A stretch of 64,000 bases of DNA from Raillietiella orientalis (taxonomy: Eukaryota). The notes beneath the pieces are model-generated. The model had not been told where the DNA came from, ran no database searches, and saw only the letters and a program-made list of their open reading frames with translations. The position numbers and the translations under genes were made by a program. This document shows positions 1 to 11,229 of this stretch, in pieces. The DNA lies in the NCBI GenBank assembly GCA_036172245.1, contig JAYWIR010000001.1, positions 3,906,001-3,970,000 of the forward strand, in the 5' to 3' direction. Numbering within the stretch: the first letter of the stretch is position 1; every line of letters starts with the position of its first letter.

Positions 1-244
1 TTTGGGTTGTTGATCCTCTTTCTTTTCTATGTGATTTTGAATGATTCGTTTAGCCCTAGTTGCTTGAGGGTTTTCAACTGGAAGTATGTTTTTCGCTTAA
101 TTTCTTTTCTTGCATGTTTTTGTCGGTTGCATAGGTTTTATTGTCGATCGTCCATTCATCTGATTCATCTGCAGTCAATTTCGTTGTAGTTGTTGGATGT
201 GAAGCATCCCTCACTACTCTTCGCAAGGCATGGTATGGTCGCGT

Positions 245-2217
245 GTCAGATAGCGGCTGATAAGAACAACTTTATTTGTACTTCTACAAAGCACTTTGAC
301 ATCAGCTAAAACGTCTTTTCACTGGACTTTCCCTAGTCCGACCAGCATGGAATCAACACTTAAAACTAACGTTCTCAGACGCAAATGTAAGAACAAATTT
401 ATGGTTCACACGAGTCTTTACACTACACACGTTGCCTGTGTTTGAGCACTGCACAAGTTCACTTTGGGTCTTCTGTCTTGAATGTTTGCGGTTCGTCTCA
501 GAAGAGGCGATATGCCTCCTGGATCTTTTCCATGATTTAGCGGAGGGTCCAGTCAGGAACTTTGCTGCAAGCTCCTGTACCGGTTTCTTTTTTTATTTTT
601 TTTTTTTTAACAGAACTATCAAAATGTCCCTTGTTTGTGTGTGCATACTCCTGAGTTTGTCCTTATGAGGATGCTCTGGATGAAGAAGACTGCAGTCGCC
701 TTCAGCATGAGATTGCAACTGGGAACGTTTCCTCGTTCTGCTGGGAGTCTTCATATTGGTTGGATGCTTCTAGAATGGTTTCATCACACCACATTCCAGT
801 CACGGACGAGGGTTCGGCAGGTGTAAAGGTGAAGGCCAGGCATATTGTCGTTTCCGGGTCTTGCACCCAGTGTTGATCCGTATGCCACAAAGGATCTCCA
901 TTATAAAATGTCGGGAGGTTATCTTGGATCTTTGTAGACAGGTCGGATCCTTACAGGACGGTCCCGATGGCGAATGCATTCAGAGATCCCAACCTTGTCC
1001 TCGTGCTTTCCATTGCTTCTTCGGGACTTCACATACAGTTCCAGAGCTCGAAGGTCTATTTTGATCCATTGATAACTTGCCAGGGCACCCTGGACTTGTA
1101 GGTTCTGCACCCTGAATCTGTCTTTTGTACTGGAACAGTCACTTCATGGACGTTCACATTCTAATGGTACGTTCTCATCTTTCGAGCCATTGCTATGTGG
1201 CCAATGGGATGTTGACAAAACGCGGTTTACCGTAGCCAGCTCCTTGCCTCAATATTTCCTTGGGCAATTGGATCGACCTTCGATTTGCCGTACTGGTCAG
1301 GGCTGATATCAGATCGTATGTTTCGTTGATCACTTCGAGCAAGCTCGATGAAGCAGATGCAGCCACTCCTCCCAGTTGGTGGTGTGCCTCGGTAGGTGGA
1401 TGTCTGAAGCTCAATAGTATCTTTGACGTTCTTTCTGGTACAGCTTCGTCTAGCGAACGATATGAAAACTTGAACTTTACTCCTGGTTTTCCACTTTTCC
1501 ACATGAGCAATCTTTGGGCCTTGGCTGATTCTTTGGCCACTTCCTCCAGTGTGTGGTAGAAGGTCACACAAAGCAGAAACTTGGGTGCCACCACTCCGTT
1601 CTAGAGGTTGAGTGCTTCTAAAAAGAACGTTTAAAAAGTACGTCACGCCCTTATAGGACGGCAGTTTCTCTCACATTCTCCGGAAGATTCCCTTCTATTG
1701 CGACGGTGACGACTAGTCATCTTCAGTGTTAACTTTCTCGTACTTTATGTAGTAAACTATTTTGATCCTCTGTTTCTGTCTTTTTCGAATTTGCCAACAG
1801 CTCGACAGTGAATCTTCATCTGGCGATCAGATTGCGGCTACCGAGTTCTCGTTTTGTTGTGCGACTGGGAATTCGGACCCTGTCTGTGGTGTGTGCATCC
1901 ACGATGCTACCATCGCTGTCAGTCATTTGTGCCTCATCTTCAATGACGACCTTCAGCAGCCTCTCCTCTGTGCTTTCTCTTACTGGTTCTGCCACCATTG
2001 GCTCCTTACAGTTCCGGGAAGATTCGTGGCTCCGTACAGGACTCGGTTTTCCCTGGGACCCGTGTCGGAGATAGGACTATACTCCAGATGGCTGCGATCA
2101 CTCGCTCTAAGACCGTTGCACACAATGCGAGAGGTGACGTGACTATCGGATGTACAGTTTCCATTCCGAGGGGAGAAAGGGGTGGGAGATAGGAGAAATA
2201 TGGTAAGAATTGTCTCC
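245..2217 (-). mobile_element. Degraded Ty3/Gypsy-like LTR retrotransposon remnant
   Basis: On minus: PBS-like TGGTGGCAG at ~1990-1998; broken pol-like peptides (RNase H-like 'YRSLDEA', integrase Zn-like 'KHEDKVGISECIRHR'); AATAAA near the distal end (~270). Many stops and frameshifts. Confidence 0.45.
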
Positions 2218-3752
2218 CAGGTGAGCGGGCACGGCAATGCAGCTCACCAGCCTCATTCCCCAGCCCGAGCAGGAAGCGAACGGCAGTCTGGAGTTGTCCG
2301 CGGCCGGCTTCCTCGACGGCGTCGTGCGCCTGGTGGCGGTGCACCGCGATGCAGCGTTCCGCGTCAGCCTCCTCCAGGCCGTGAAGCCCCACAAGCGGGA
2401 CGTCTCGTGCCTCCTCTACCGGCACTCGGACCGCATCCTGGTCAGCGGGAGCAGGGACGGCACCGCCTTCGTGTTCCTGGTGGGCATGCGAGCGGGCGCC
2501 CGCGTCCCCGTCCTGTCGCCCGTCGGTTTCTTCGACGCCTGCCTGCCCATCAACTTCCTGGACTGGGAGCGCACGCTGCAGGTGCGGCGGGAAACGGGCG
2601 CTGATCCCACGTTCCCGCGTACCGCCTGCAGAGGTCCTTTCTGGCCTGCTGCGATCTGGGGATCGTGCTGGAATTCCCCGTCCCGCCTTTGGAAAGCAGT
2701 CCCCAGGCTGCCTCCTACCGCTTCGACGACGACCGCCCCTCCCGCTCCTGGAAGTTCTCCTCGCCTCGGCACCTGCAGGAAGCTTCAGCAGAGGAGGAGT
2801 GCAGAGACGGACGGCAACCAGCCCACGCTGCCACGCTTGCGGGAAGCGAGCAGGTCGAAGCCGGATTCGAAGGAGACCCGGGTAAAATACGCCCCACCTC
2901 CGATCCCGTCGCTCGAGGTGTAGCCTTGGTTTTTGTTTTTGTTTTTTCGATTCGTTGAAAAGAGGGGCGGCGGCAGCAGCAGCCGTCGGGGCCGGAACAA
3001 GGGAGCAGCAGTCCGGCCAGCTCCGTTCTCCGCGGCTACTACCTGAAGGTTCGTCCCCTCCTCCTCCCGTAACGACCTGCAACTTGCACGTGCCGCAGAA
3101 CGACAAGGACACGTTCGTGACGTTTCTGTCTGGGCGCGACGCGGGCTGCGCCTACGTGTGCCGCTTCGACAGGAGCGTCCCGATCGAGGCGCACGCCATC
3201 GAGGGGACGGATGACGCTCCCGTGACCGCCTTCTGCCGGAGCAGGTGAGGCGCTCGCGCGCGCCGGGTTTCCCGCGGATGCCGGCGCTGCGCAGCAGCAG
3301 CTCGTGCGTTCCCCGGAGACACTCCCGCCGCCCCTGCTCGCGCGCACTCTCCGCGCGAAGGGTGTTCGCGCTCTTCTCCGGGAGGACACCGCTCGAGGCG
3401 ATTCGGACTGGCCAAATGCCTTCGACGCGCACCCTGGAGGGATGCGCGCTGGCTGCGCGAGGACGCACCTCGGTGGAACGGGCGGTGCCCGCGGCCGTCC
3501 GTCCGGCCGTGCCGCGGCCCTCGCAGGCGTGGCCCTCGGTGGGCAGAGGAGGCGTGCGTTTCTCCGGGAAGGGAGGCTCCCGCGGTCCACCCGCCCCTCT
3601 TGAGCGGACGGGCCCTGCTGAGGAGTTTCGCGTTCGGCGCATGCGTCGGCCCGGGCGTGAGACCGCGGGGTCACTTTTGCGGAACTCTTTCGAGGGAGCC
3701 GCGGTCGGCTGCTCGCAGTTCCGAGCTGTTCCCCAGGGGTGCAAGTCCTGCT
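2218..3752 (+). repeat. Inverted duplicate arm 1: partial CFAP44 copy (exons plus introns)
   Basis: Reverse complement of 19594-21128. Paired ORF coordinates sum to 23346, so no indels. 5 substitutions seen (3498, 3540, 3555, 3612, 3673). Encodes 'AAGFLDGVVRL...QAVKPHKRDVSCL...SGSRDGTAF' and keeps GTGAG/CAG splice sites. Confidence 0.97.
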
Positions 3753-5001
3753 GCTCGGCTCGCGGTTGTCGCTCTTCAAGCACCTCCCCCTCTCCTCCTT
3801 CTTTCCTTGAGGAATGTTTCCTGATTGTTGTGTTTTGGTGGTTCTGAAGCCAATGGGACGGCGGTACCTCAAGTCCTGCGTAGGCAATCCACAATGGATA
3901 CCACGCTTGTCTTAATCGTGATTTCTCTGAGTGACTGCATGAGTAGCGGCTGCTGACTAGTCGCAGCTCTCGTCCTTCTTGTTTGGTTGCCCGACGATGT
4001 CGAAAACTGACTTTCTTTCTCTACTGATGCCATTGGGCGACTCTTTGTAAAATTCCGGAAGATAGTCTCTGAATAAATGTGCCTTGGCGACAAAGCCATG
4101 GTGCAGGGACTTTTGCAGCTTCCGGCTTAAGCCAGAAGAAGCTTTTCCGAATGAAAAGAGAACTCCGTTTGGATTCCAATGCAGCGCGTGGCCATTCACC
4201 TCTGGAGATGCGTGTTGTCCGAAATCATTGGCTCGTTTCCCACTCTGCTGGTGGATTGCCATGCATCAAAGCAGGCTGTCCGAGTTCCATGACTGCAGCG
4301 CGAGAGGATGACCCGCGAGGGCAGTGGTTTTTCGATTATCGTTTGCCGTCTTTCCCAGCATCCCATCCGACTTGAACGGGCAACAGTTCGCGTGCGTGAG
4401 CACTCCTTCGCTTACGCGCACAGTACTTGCAGTCATGCGGCACGAGACTCGGTCGAACAAGAGTGTTCGTGTCACGTGTGTCACTGCCTAACGAACACGA
4501 CGACCATGCGAGATTAGGCGATGCTAGAGGCAGGCGTTTTTTTCGGTCGGTTCGTTCATACACTGCCTTTCAAAGTGAGCACACACGTGTTCTGCATTCG
4601 AATTAGAACATCGAGTGCCACCGTGCTGTGCACGCTCGTCCAGACACGCAACCCCGGTTCACTTGACTGGACCCTTGGTTCCGTTTTTGCCGCGCGTCCG
4701 TGATGGAGTTCTCATAACTTTGATGCTCTCAACTGAAGCTCTCGGAACAGTTTCTCGATTGACAACGCTTCTGGAAGGTATTTTTCTTTCCTTCATCATC
4801 ACAGATCACTGTTCTTAAAAAGTAGCCAGTTTTATAGACGGATCATTAAGTCAGCAGATCTTCAGCAAGCTTTTCTCATGTAAGGCAATCATCAAGAAAG
4901 AAAAGCATCACAGTAACGCAGTGAAGGCAATCTGTCTCGAAAGTCGTCCCAAATCCTGCCGCATTTCCTTATACGACTCCGGTCGGAATTGTAATATTGC
5001 A

Positions 5002-5077
5002 GATCCTAGCAACCGTTTACAAAACTTAGGGAGTCTAAAACCGTGATGGGACCTCCAATAACACGGATCTTAGCAAC
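5002..5077. promoter_or_regulatory. Two RFX/X-box-like half-sites (GATCYTAGCAAC) upstream of the sHSP gene
   Basis: gatcctagcaac at 5002-5013 and gatcttagcaac at 5066-5077; on minus they read GTTGCTARG, a strong RFX half-site. Confidence 0.4.
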
Positions 5078-5267
5078 CATTTGTATTTATTTATTTATTT
5101 TTGCAAGCTTCTATTGTTTGGTTCTGCTGTTTTTTTCTTCTTCTTTTTGTTGTGTCAGCCAAAATTCTTTCCCAATAAATCTTCATTTTCCTGGTAGTCC
5201 TCAGGAATCCTCTCCCCCCTCCTCAATCTGAAAATTACAATGTTTCATTGCCGGGATTTGTGCGGCA

Positions 5268-6447
5268 ATGAGACGGAACGACGAACCTCTTCGACCAGTT
5301 TGCATTACTACACTTCCAAAGGTACTCTTTCGATTTGTTCCAGTTTACTCAAATAGAATATAAAGACTTGCGTCAGGATATACGTGAAGTTTTTCAATGT
5401 CGGCATTTTCGCGCAACCACGCCTTCGTCAAAATGCAAACACACCGGAAACGTTGTGACTACCTGGTCGGGGGAAGAGGCTCTATGCGGTGAGACTGAAG
5501 TTCGCACCATCGGCACCCGGATCTGAAAATCAGTTTGCTTCCAGATTTGCACGAAGGATGCAAATCTCATGAAGCGTCTTTGATGATGATTTATGTGTTT
5601 GTGGATTTCGCATTCGGTACACGTTGTTTAAAAGAGGGAGACTTCAATTCACGAATCACGGTTAAATCATCTACACGTACTGTCCCGCTGAGTTTGACTC
5701 ACGATGACCTTTGGAACTCGAGTGTACCCCCCCTAAAAATAAAAAAAAATAAATCGGCAATGCTCGACGAACATTTCGTGTTTACCTTTTGATCGTTCGG
5801 TAACTTCAACACTGAAAAGAAAATTTTCCCTCTTCAGCCGGTTTGTCTTAAGGAAACCTCGACGGTTCCCTTGCGCGAGTCTCAGCAGAGAAGAATCCAG
5901 GCGGGCGGGACTCGTTTCGAGGACTGTTCGTGTTTGTTCTGTGTAGATCGATACGAGCCTCGGCTGAATTCGAACGCTAAAGGTTCTCACCGCAGTAGAG
6001 ATGCCAACCGTAGCAAGAATCATTCGTTTAAACAGATATCCGACGAATGCCAGATGCTGGACATAAAGCAGCAGCCAAAACCAGAGCGTTCGGACAATGA
6101 AGAAAAGTCGCTGCTTCACTTGAAAGATATATCTGACGACTGCACCTGGAAGGTATGAGGGAACTGTAGCAAGTTGGTCGTTTCTTAACGGGACTGCTAC
6201 CACTGTTTAGGTTTGTGTCCAAGATTTCAAAGGTTTCAAAGCAGAAGAATTTTACCTCACTATAGAAGATCGAAGCCTTCTCATCAAAGGGAACCACGAA
6301 GAATCGAAAGGAAAAAACTCCATCAAGATAAACATAGTCAGAGTAATTTTGCTCCCAAAAGAAGTTCGCCCCAACAGTGTCACCGCTTGTCTCTGTGCTA
6401 ATGGTAGTATTCTTGTACGAGCACCAAAGAGGTATTCAACACAATGA
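5268..6447 (+). CDS. Small heat-shock protein (alpha-crystallin domain) with a long Cys-containing N-terminus, ~316 aa
   Basis: In-frame model: 5268-5321, 5377-5488, 5545-5777, 5838-6152, 6211-6447. Last exon 'VCVQDFKGFKAEEFYLTIEDRSLLIKGNHEE...RVILLPKEVRPNSVTACLCANGSILVRAPK' is a typical alpha-crystallin domain. AATAAA follows the stop. The 5' exons are less certain. Confidence 0.8.
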
Positions 6448-6449
6448 GA

Positions 6450-8900
6450 GGTGTTTACAATAAAGTACCCAATACAACAGACTTTTCGAGTCATCAGATG
6501 ATAACATATAAAGCCAGAGTTCGTGTTGCTGCAGCAGAATCCTCATATCGAGTTGGCTGTCTACTGGCTGCTTCACACATAGTCCTTGAAATATAAATCT
6601 TCACAACTCAAGATTATGCTTTTATGGGTAACCAGGGGCGCCCAAGTTGCAGATTGGCTGCTGCCGTAGCCAATTTTGTCATCCTGAGGGAATGTTGCAT
6701 GAAGTAGCTTAACATCAACATAGAGATCCGTTGGGGGCAGCGGTCATATGGTTATCTGGCTATGATCGATTGTTCGACACGTTGCCTGTGTTTAATGATG
6801 TACGATGCTGATTTACAGGGTTGGTTCCAGAGTATGATATTGGTTCAGATGAACAAGCACAAAAAAAGAAGCATTCTTATTCGGTCAATCTTGTGCTGAC
6901 GTTTCTGTTGAAATCCTTTAAATCAAAAAAGAAAAGTGCTCAACCATTGAGATCATTCTGAGAAGCTTCTCTTAGAGGCTAACAGCGTTCGAATTTATTT
7001 TCGCTCTTGGAAAATAAAAAAATTCGGTTAATTTCCCCGTAATAGTTTTAAAGTGAAAGAGTGTGATTCAGAAATTAAGAGTCGATTCTTAAACCTTTTC
7101 GGGAACGGTGGAAATTCATAAGAAATAAATGTCATCCAGGAACCCGTCGAAACTTACAAATGTTGCATCCAATAACCAAAAGTAATTAAGCAATCTGCCA
7201 CTGAAATCTGAAACCAGGACAAGTGGAAATCGATTCCCAACCCACGCTCATAATTTCCAAGGTTTTTTGAGAATTAGGGAGAAGTTCTGATTTGAATCTG
7301 AGGTATCACAGAGATCTGCATATTTTGCCACATAGTTGATACTGAAAATGTCCTTTAAAACTGCTTTCCGTTTTTCTTCGTTTCTGTACCTGCTTGGGAA
7401 AATGATACCACAACTATTGCATATTGTAGTACGAAAAACATTTGAGTTCTTCAGCAGGATCCAAGGCATCAGACAGATGAGGCTCTAGAAACCATCCTTG
7501 GCAAGACCTGTGCTTGAGGGCTATTCTTCTGCGAGATAGCGGAAGAATAGGAATGCTTTATGAACTACCAGTAGACAAATTCCTTGCTCCGTGGATTTAT
7601 GCCAAAGTTGACTTGAGCCATTTTGAATTTTCTGCTCCAGATCATGACAACCGACATCAAGAATGATCTCAGATTTCTAAAAAATCTTTACTCCATCCCT
7701 TAGTAGCTGTAGGTCCAATTTGTTTCCAATGTGTTATTCTCTCAGCATGTCGTGACGGATGTCGCAGAAAAGCGGAGCCCTTTTTCCAAGTTAAACAGAA
7801 TTGGAAGTGATTATTTATCATCGACTTTTGCCTCAAAACTGGAAGCTCTTCAACCAAGATATTAACTCCACTAGCGCCAAAGATGAGTTCCGTAACGATG
7901 ACCGGATATCCTCAACATCAGCTGATAATCTGGTGCCTCTCTTTAGTAAGTTCCAAATTAAGAATTACGAGAGCACTGAGAGACGATGTTGGAGCTCTAG
8001 ACGCGGAAATATCATTCATTCTATCTCATACCAAAGAATAAAAGCCAAAACTGCTAAAGAAACGAATGACGGTTCAGTCCTTGAAGACCTATTACTAACT
8101 GACCTCGACACTCCGAAGCATCGGTCGCTATCTCAAATCGCGGTCTCTACGGAAGGCCATCACAATGGATTAAGTCATCGATTAATTGGGCATTCTTCTG
8201 CTCTTTGACTGCCTCATCAACTGCAAGAAACAAGAGATCAGAAAATGATTTCTTCGAGCTTTCTTTCGAAACGTGCCATTTAAGAATGTAAAGTTGATGA
8301 TATGTGACGAAGGGAATGTTTAAGGGAGTCGATTTCTGCAAGTGGTTTGAGAATATTTTTTTCAGATCCATACTGAACGAGAACAAGCATTCGTCCATGT
8401 CGGAGCACATACCAGATTGCGTAGGATGCCGTGAATTGATGACGTGAAGGAAATGCCATGCTTAGGTTTCCTAACGTCTTCATCGTTGGCACGACTCAGG
8501 TGCTCACATCTTTTCCTCTTCTGAGTGGAAAAAGCAAAAAGCACCTGTAGAGTAAAAATGTCTTGAGAGATAGTTCTACTAAATAGTTCTTGCAAATAAT
8601 TGAAGGTTCACCAGTACTGGTAGAAAAATTTCCTGAACAAATGTTCTATTATGTTTCCTAGAACCAAAACACAGGGGCACATGAAATAACAGAGATCGTA
8701 CACTTATTTAAACGGATACGCGAGTGAATTGAGGACTTTTTTCTGGTCGTGGGTTCTTCTTAAGGCGGTTCCGCAAATAATTGGCAACACACTTCTTTGT
8801 GTCCACTAGACTCAAGTGCAAGTAGCGGAAGGGTTTGTCAGATTTTCAAGTAAGGATCCGTCCTTTCAAATGGAAGGCACAGACACTATTTTCACTAGTG
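6450..8900 (-). other. Endogenous viral element A: degraded rhabdovirus-like L (RdRp) gene
   Basis: Ordered motif remnants on minus: 'QYW*TFNY' (~8600; cf. RHWGHPFIDY), 'DGLP' then 'LVIGLQG' (~8090; cf. LIIGLKGKERE), 'FFGM', 'TKGWS' (~7700; cf. QKGWS), 'MAQ', 'GVPG..LFL' (~7140; cf. GGVSGMSLSRFL). Confidence 0.6.
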
Positions 8901-8999
8901 TCGGAGTACGCCAGTAAGCAATCGGATCCCAATGGAACCCTTGAACATGGTCGTGACTAGAAGGATGTTGTCATCTATCAGAAACCCCAGGAAATCCGC

Positions 9000-9765
9000 A
9001 GTTTTTTCAAAATAACAGAACATTGCAAAACTATGGCAAAATCCAATCACTCGTTTGACATGACTACAATGAGATAGATGCTACTAGGAATGTAACCAAA
9101 AACACAGGAACTTTATGTCCTGGAAGCTGGACATTGTGAGTTTCTTCCAGGTCACTAAGAGAATCTATAAATAAAAATTAGTCATAAGCACTACTTAGAA
9201 AATTATTTTGCAATTTTTCAAACTTTTCATTACGGAGAGACACAAGAATATGGAAGCGAAGGTAAACAGAAATAGTGGTCATTTCAACTGTTTAAAAAAT
9301 TCTCCCAAATCGTGAATATCTGCTATCTGGCCGAGTTCCATGGTATCTGTCGCATCGGACCGGCAAACTGCAGGCGCAGCCAAGAGTCTCTCCAGGATAA
9401 ATAAAAAAGAACCGGAAAAGGGTCGCGACAAAGATATTCCGCGCTGCTTCTCTTTGTGTACGAACCCTTCGGTGTTCCCGTTGCAGTGGGAATAGGATGT
9501 GATGCTGCTTCTGCATTTGGATTCTGCATTTCCAGTGCGACCAGCGTTGGATATGCTGTCTATTAAATGTATCAAATCTGGATCCAAAAAGAGCAAGACA
9601 CAAAGATTACGAAATATTTTAGAATTGGGGTATGGTGATCTATCAGTGCACTGAACCATTAGCTGAGCCAAACAACGTGCAGAAAGATGTTGCAGCTCAT
9701 CAGATTCTTCTTTCTGCAAAAAATCCATCAATGCTTAATAACAGGATTTAGCTTTTCTGTCCTCG
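9000..9765 (-). pseudogene. BTAF1: BTAF1/Mot1 internal fragment (pseudogene)
   Basis: 'EKLNPVIK/LMDFLQKEESDELQHLSARCLAQLMVQCTDRSPYPNSKIFRNLC' closely matches BTAF1 'EKLNPIIKPLMETIKKEE...CPNSKIIKNLC'. Frameshift at ~9733; no other BTAF1 exons recognised nearby. Confidence 0.8.
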
Positions 9766-9769
9766 CTAC

Positions 9770-10200
9770 AAGAGAGAAACGACAGCTGCAAACCTAAGTG
9801 ATCCCGTGCTCTTTAGCTGGAGTAACGAAACTTCCAAGAAGGACCAGTTGGAAGTACAAAGTTGAGTGGAAGAAGGATCAGTTGGCTGGTCCTCCTTCCA
9901 GTTGGCTGACACCCCGACACTCCATGCTGGAGGGATACTCCGTTGAGCATTCCCCCGTCGGAGGTTGTGGTCCTCCCCCTCCATCTGGACAGCTTTATGC
10001 TCTCTCACGGAAGGCAGCACGAAGAGGCTTTGCCGTTCGCTCACCGGGAGTTCCTGTGCAACCAGAGGCTCTGGACGGAACTGGGTGGAGGAAAAGGCGC
10101 GCTCATCCTCAAACCGCACTTGCTGAGAGGAGCTGGAAACGCTCACTTGCCTGCTGCAGAAATGGGTGGATCTTCAGAGAGTGTGGAAATGTCCCGTAGC
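9770..10200 (-). mobile_element. DIRS-like tyrosine-recombinase remnant
   Basis: 'QSLFVLPSVREHKAV...DHNLRRG...ANWKE' resembles the YR LF...H-x-x-R...W region; degenerate. Confidence 0.35.
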
Positions 10201-11229
10201 TGCTTTACTGAAACCTGAAGACAAAAGAGCTGCTGCTGTGTTGCTGCGCGTGGAACGGGTTTTCGCTGCCGCCCCGGTCGCAGTCTGACATCGTGGCGTC
10301 TCAGAACACTCAGGAGGCATGGATATGGACCGCACGCCTCAACTCCGAAGTGATGTAACTCGGCTCGCACGAAGGAAAGGAGTAGGTTGTATCATTCTTC
10401 ACACCGGCCTTGCAGGAGTGCCAGGTCGTTCTGAAACTGTGCGAAGGTGCTGTCCCTGCACTCATCGACTCCAACAACGAGCAAGTGAGAGCAGGACAAG
10501 GTGCAACCTTCGGGAGGCGTTGCTCTTGGTAACCCTCGCTTGCTTCGGACATCGAGAAGGAGGGAACCGAATCGGTTGCGAACGGGACACGCGGCGGCGG
10601 AAACCCTGCGCGCTTCCGACCTCGCTGTATGTTCAAGGGATAACACGACATCTCTTTGCAGGAAGTCGATGAATTCGAGAGATATGCCGAAGAAACGCCA
10701 CATTGGATGGATGGAACTGAGCACTCGCGCGGGATGACCTTTTTGAAGCCGACTGTACGGCGTGCCATGCGAAAGGTGAGTTTCGACGAGGACGACAGAG
10801 TGGGGCAGCTTGTCCTGTTGTCCAACTCCATCGACCTCGTCGTTACCTACACGTACGGCTTGAGGTCGCAGTCTTCGGATACCTCGGCAGCCAGTTGCTG
10901 AACTCAGCGAGCCCCGGAGTCGCTTACCTGTTAGCGGGACGCTCTTCAGAGTCCGCCTGCGGCCAGGAGCCAAGTGAGTGCAGGTGCATCGCGTGCAGTT
11001 CAACGAGCTATATGAATCCGTTCATGCGCGCAACCTGTTGGTCCCGCGAACCTGGAATGCAGGAGGCCATCGACCGCATCCTCCTCGATGAACACCTGTG
11101 CTCTCGGGTGGGCAGGTGAGGAGGAGGAACTTCGGTGCCATCCGAGACTCGAGCTCGAGCTGGGGCCAAAAGAGGGAAGGGGCCGCCCATTGACGTGTAG
11201 AGGACGCTCGAGGATTGGCTGAACCATCA

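Noticed and set aside
2006-3894. Long overlapping ORFs (368, 369, 282 aa) and their mirror ORFs at 19552-21277
   Set aside because: By-products of very high GC in the duplicated CFAP44 segment; Arg/Ala/Gly/Pro-rich with no domain signal.
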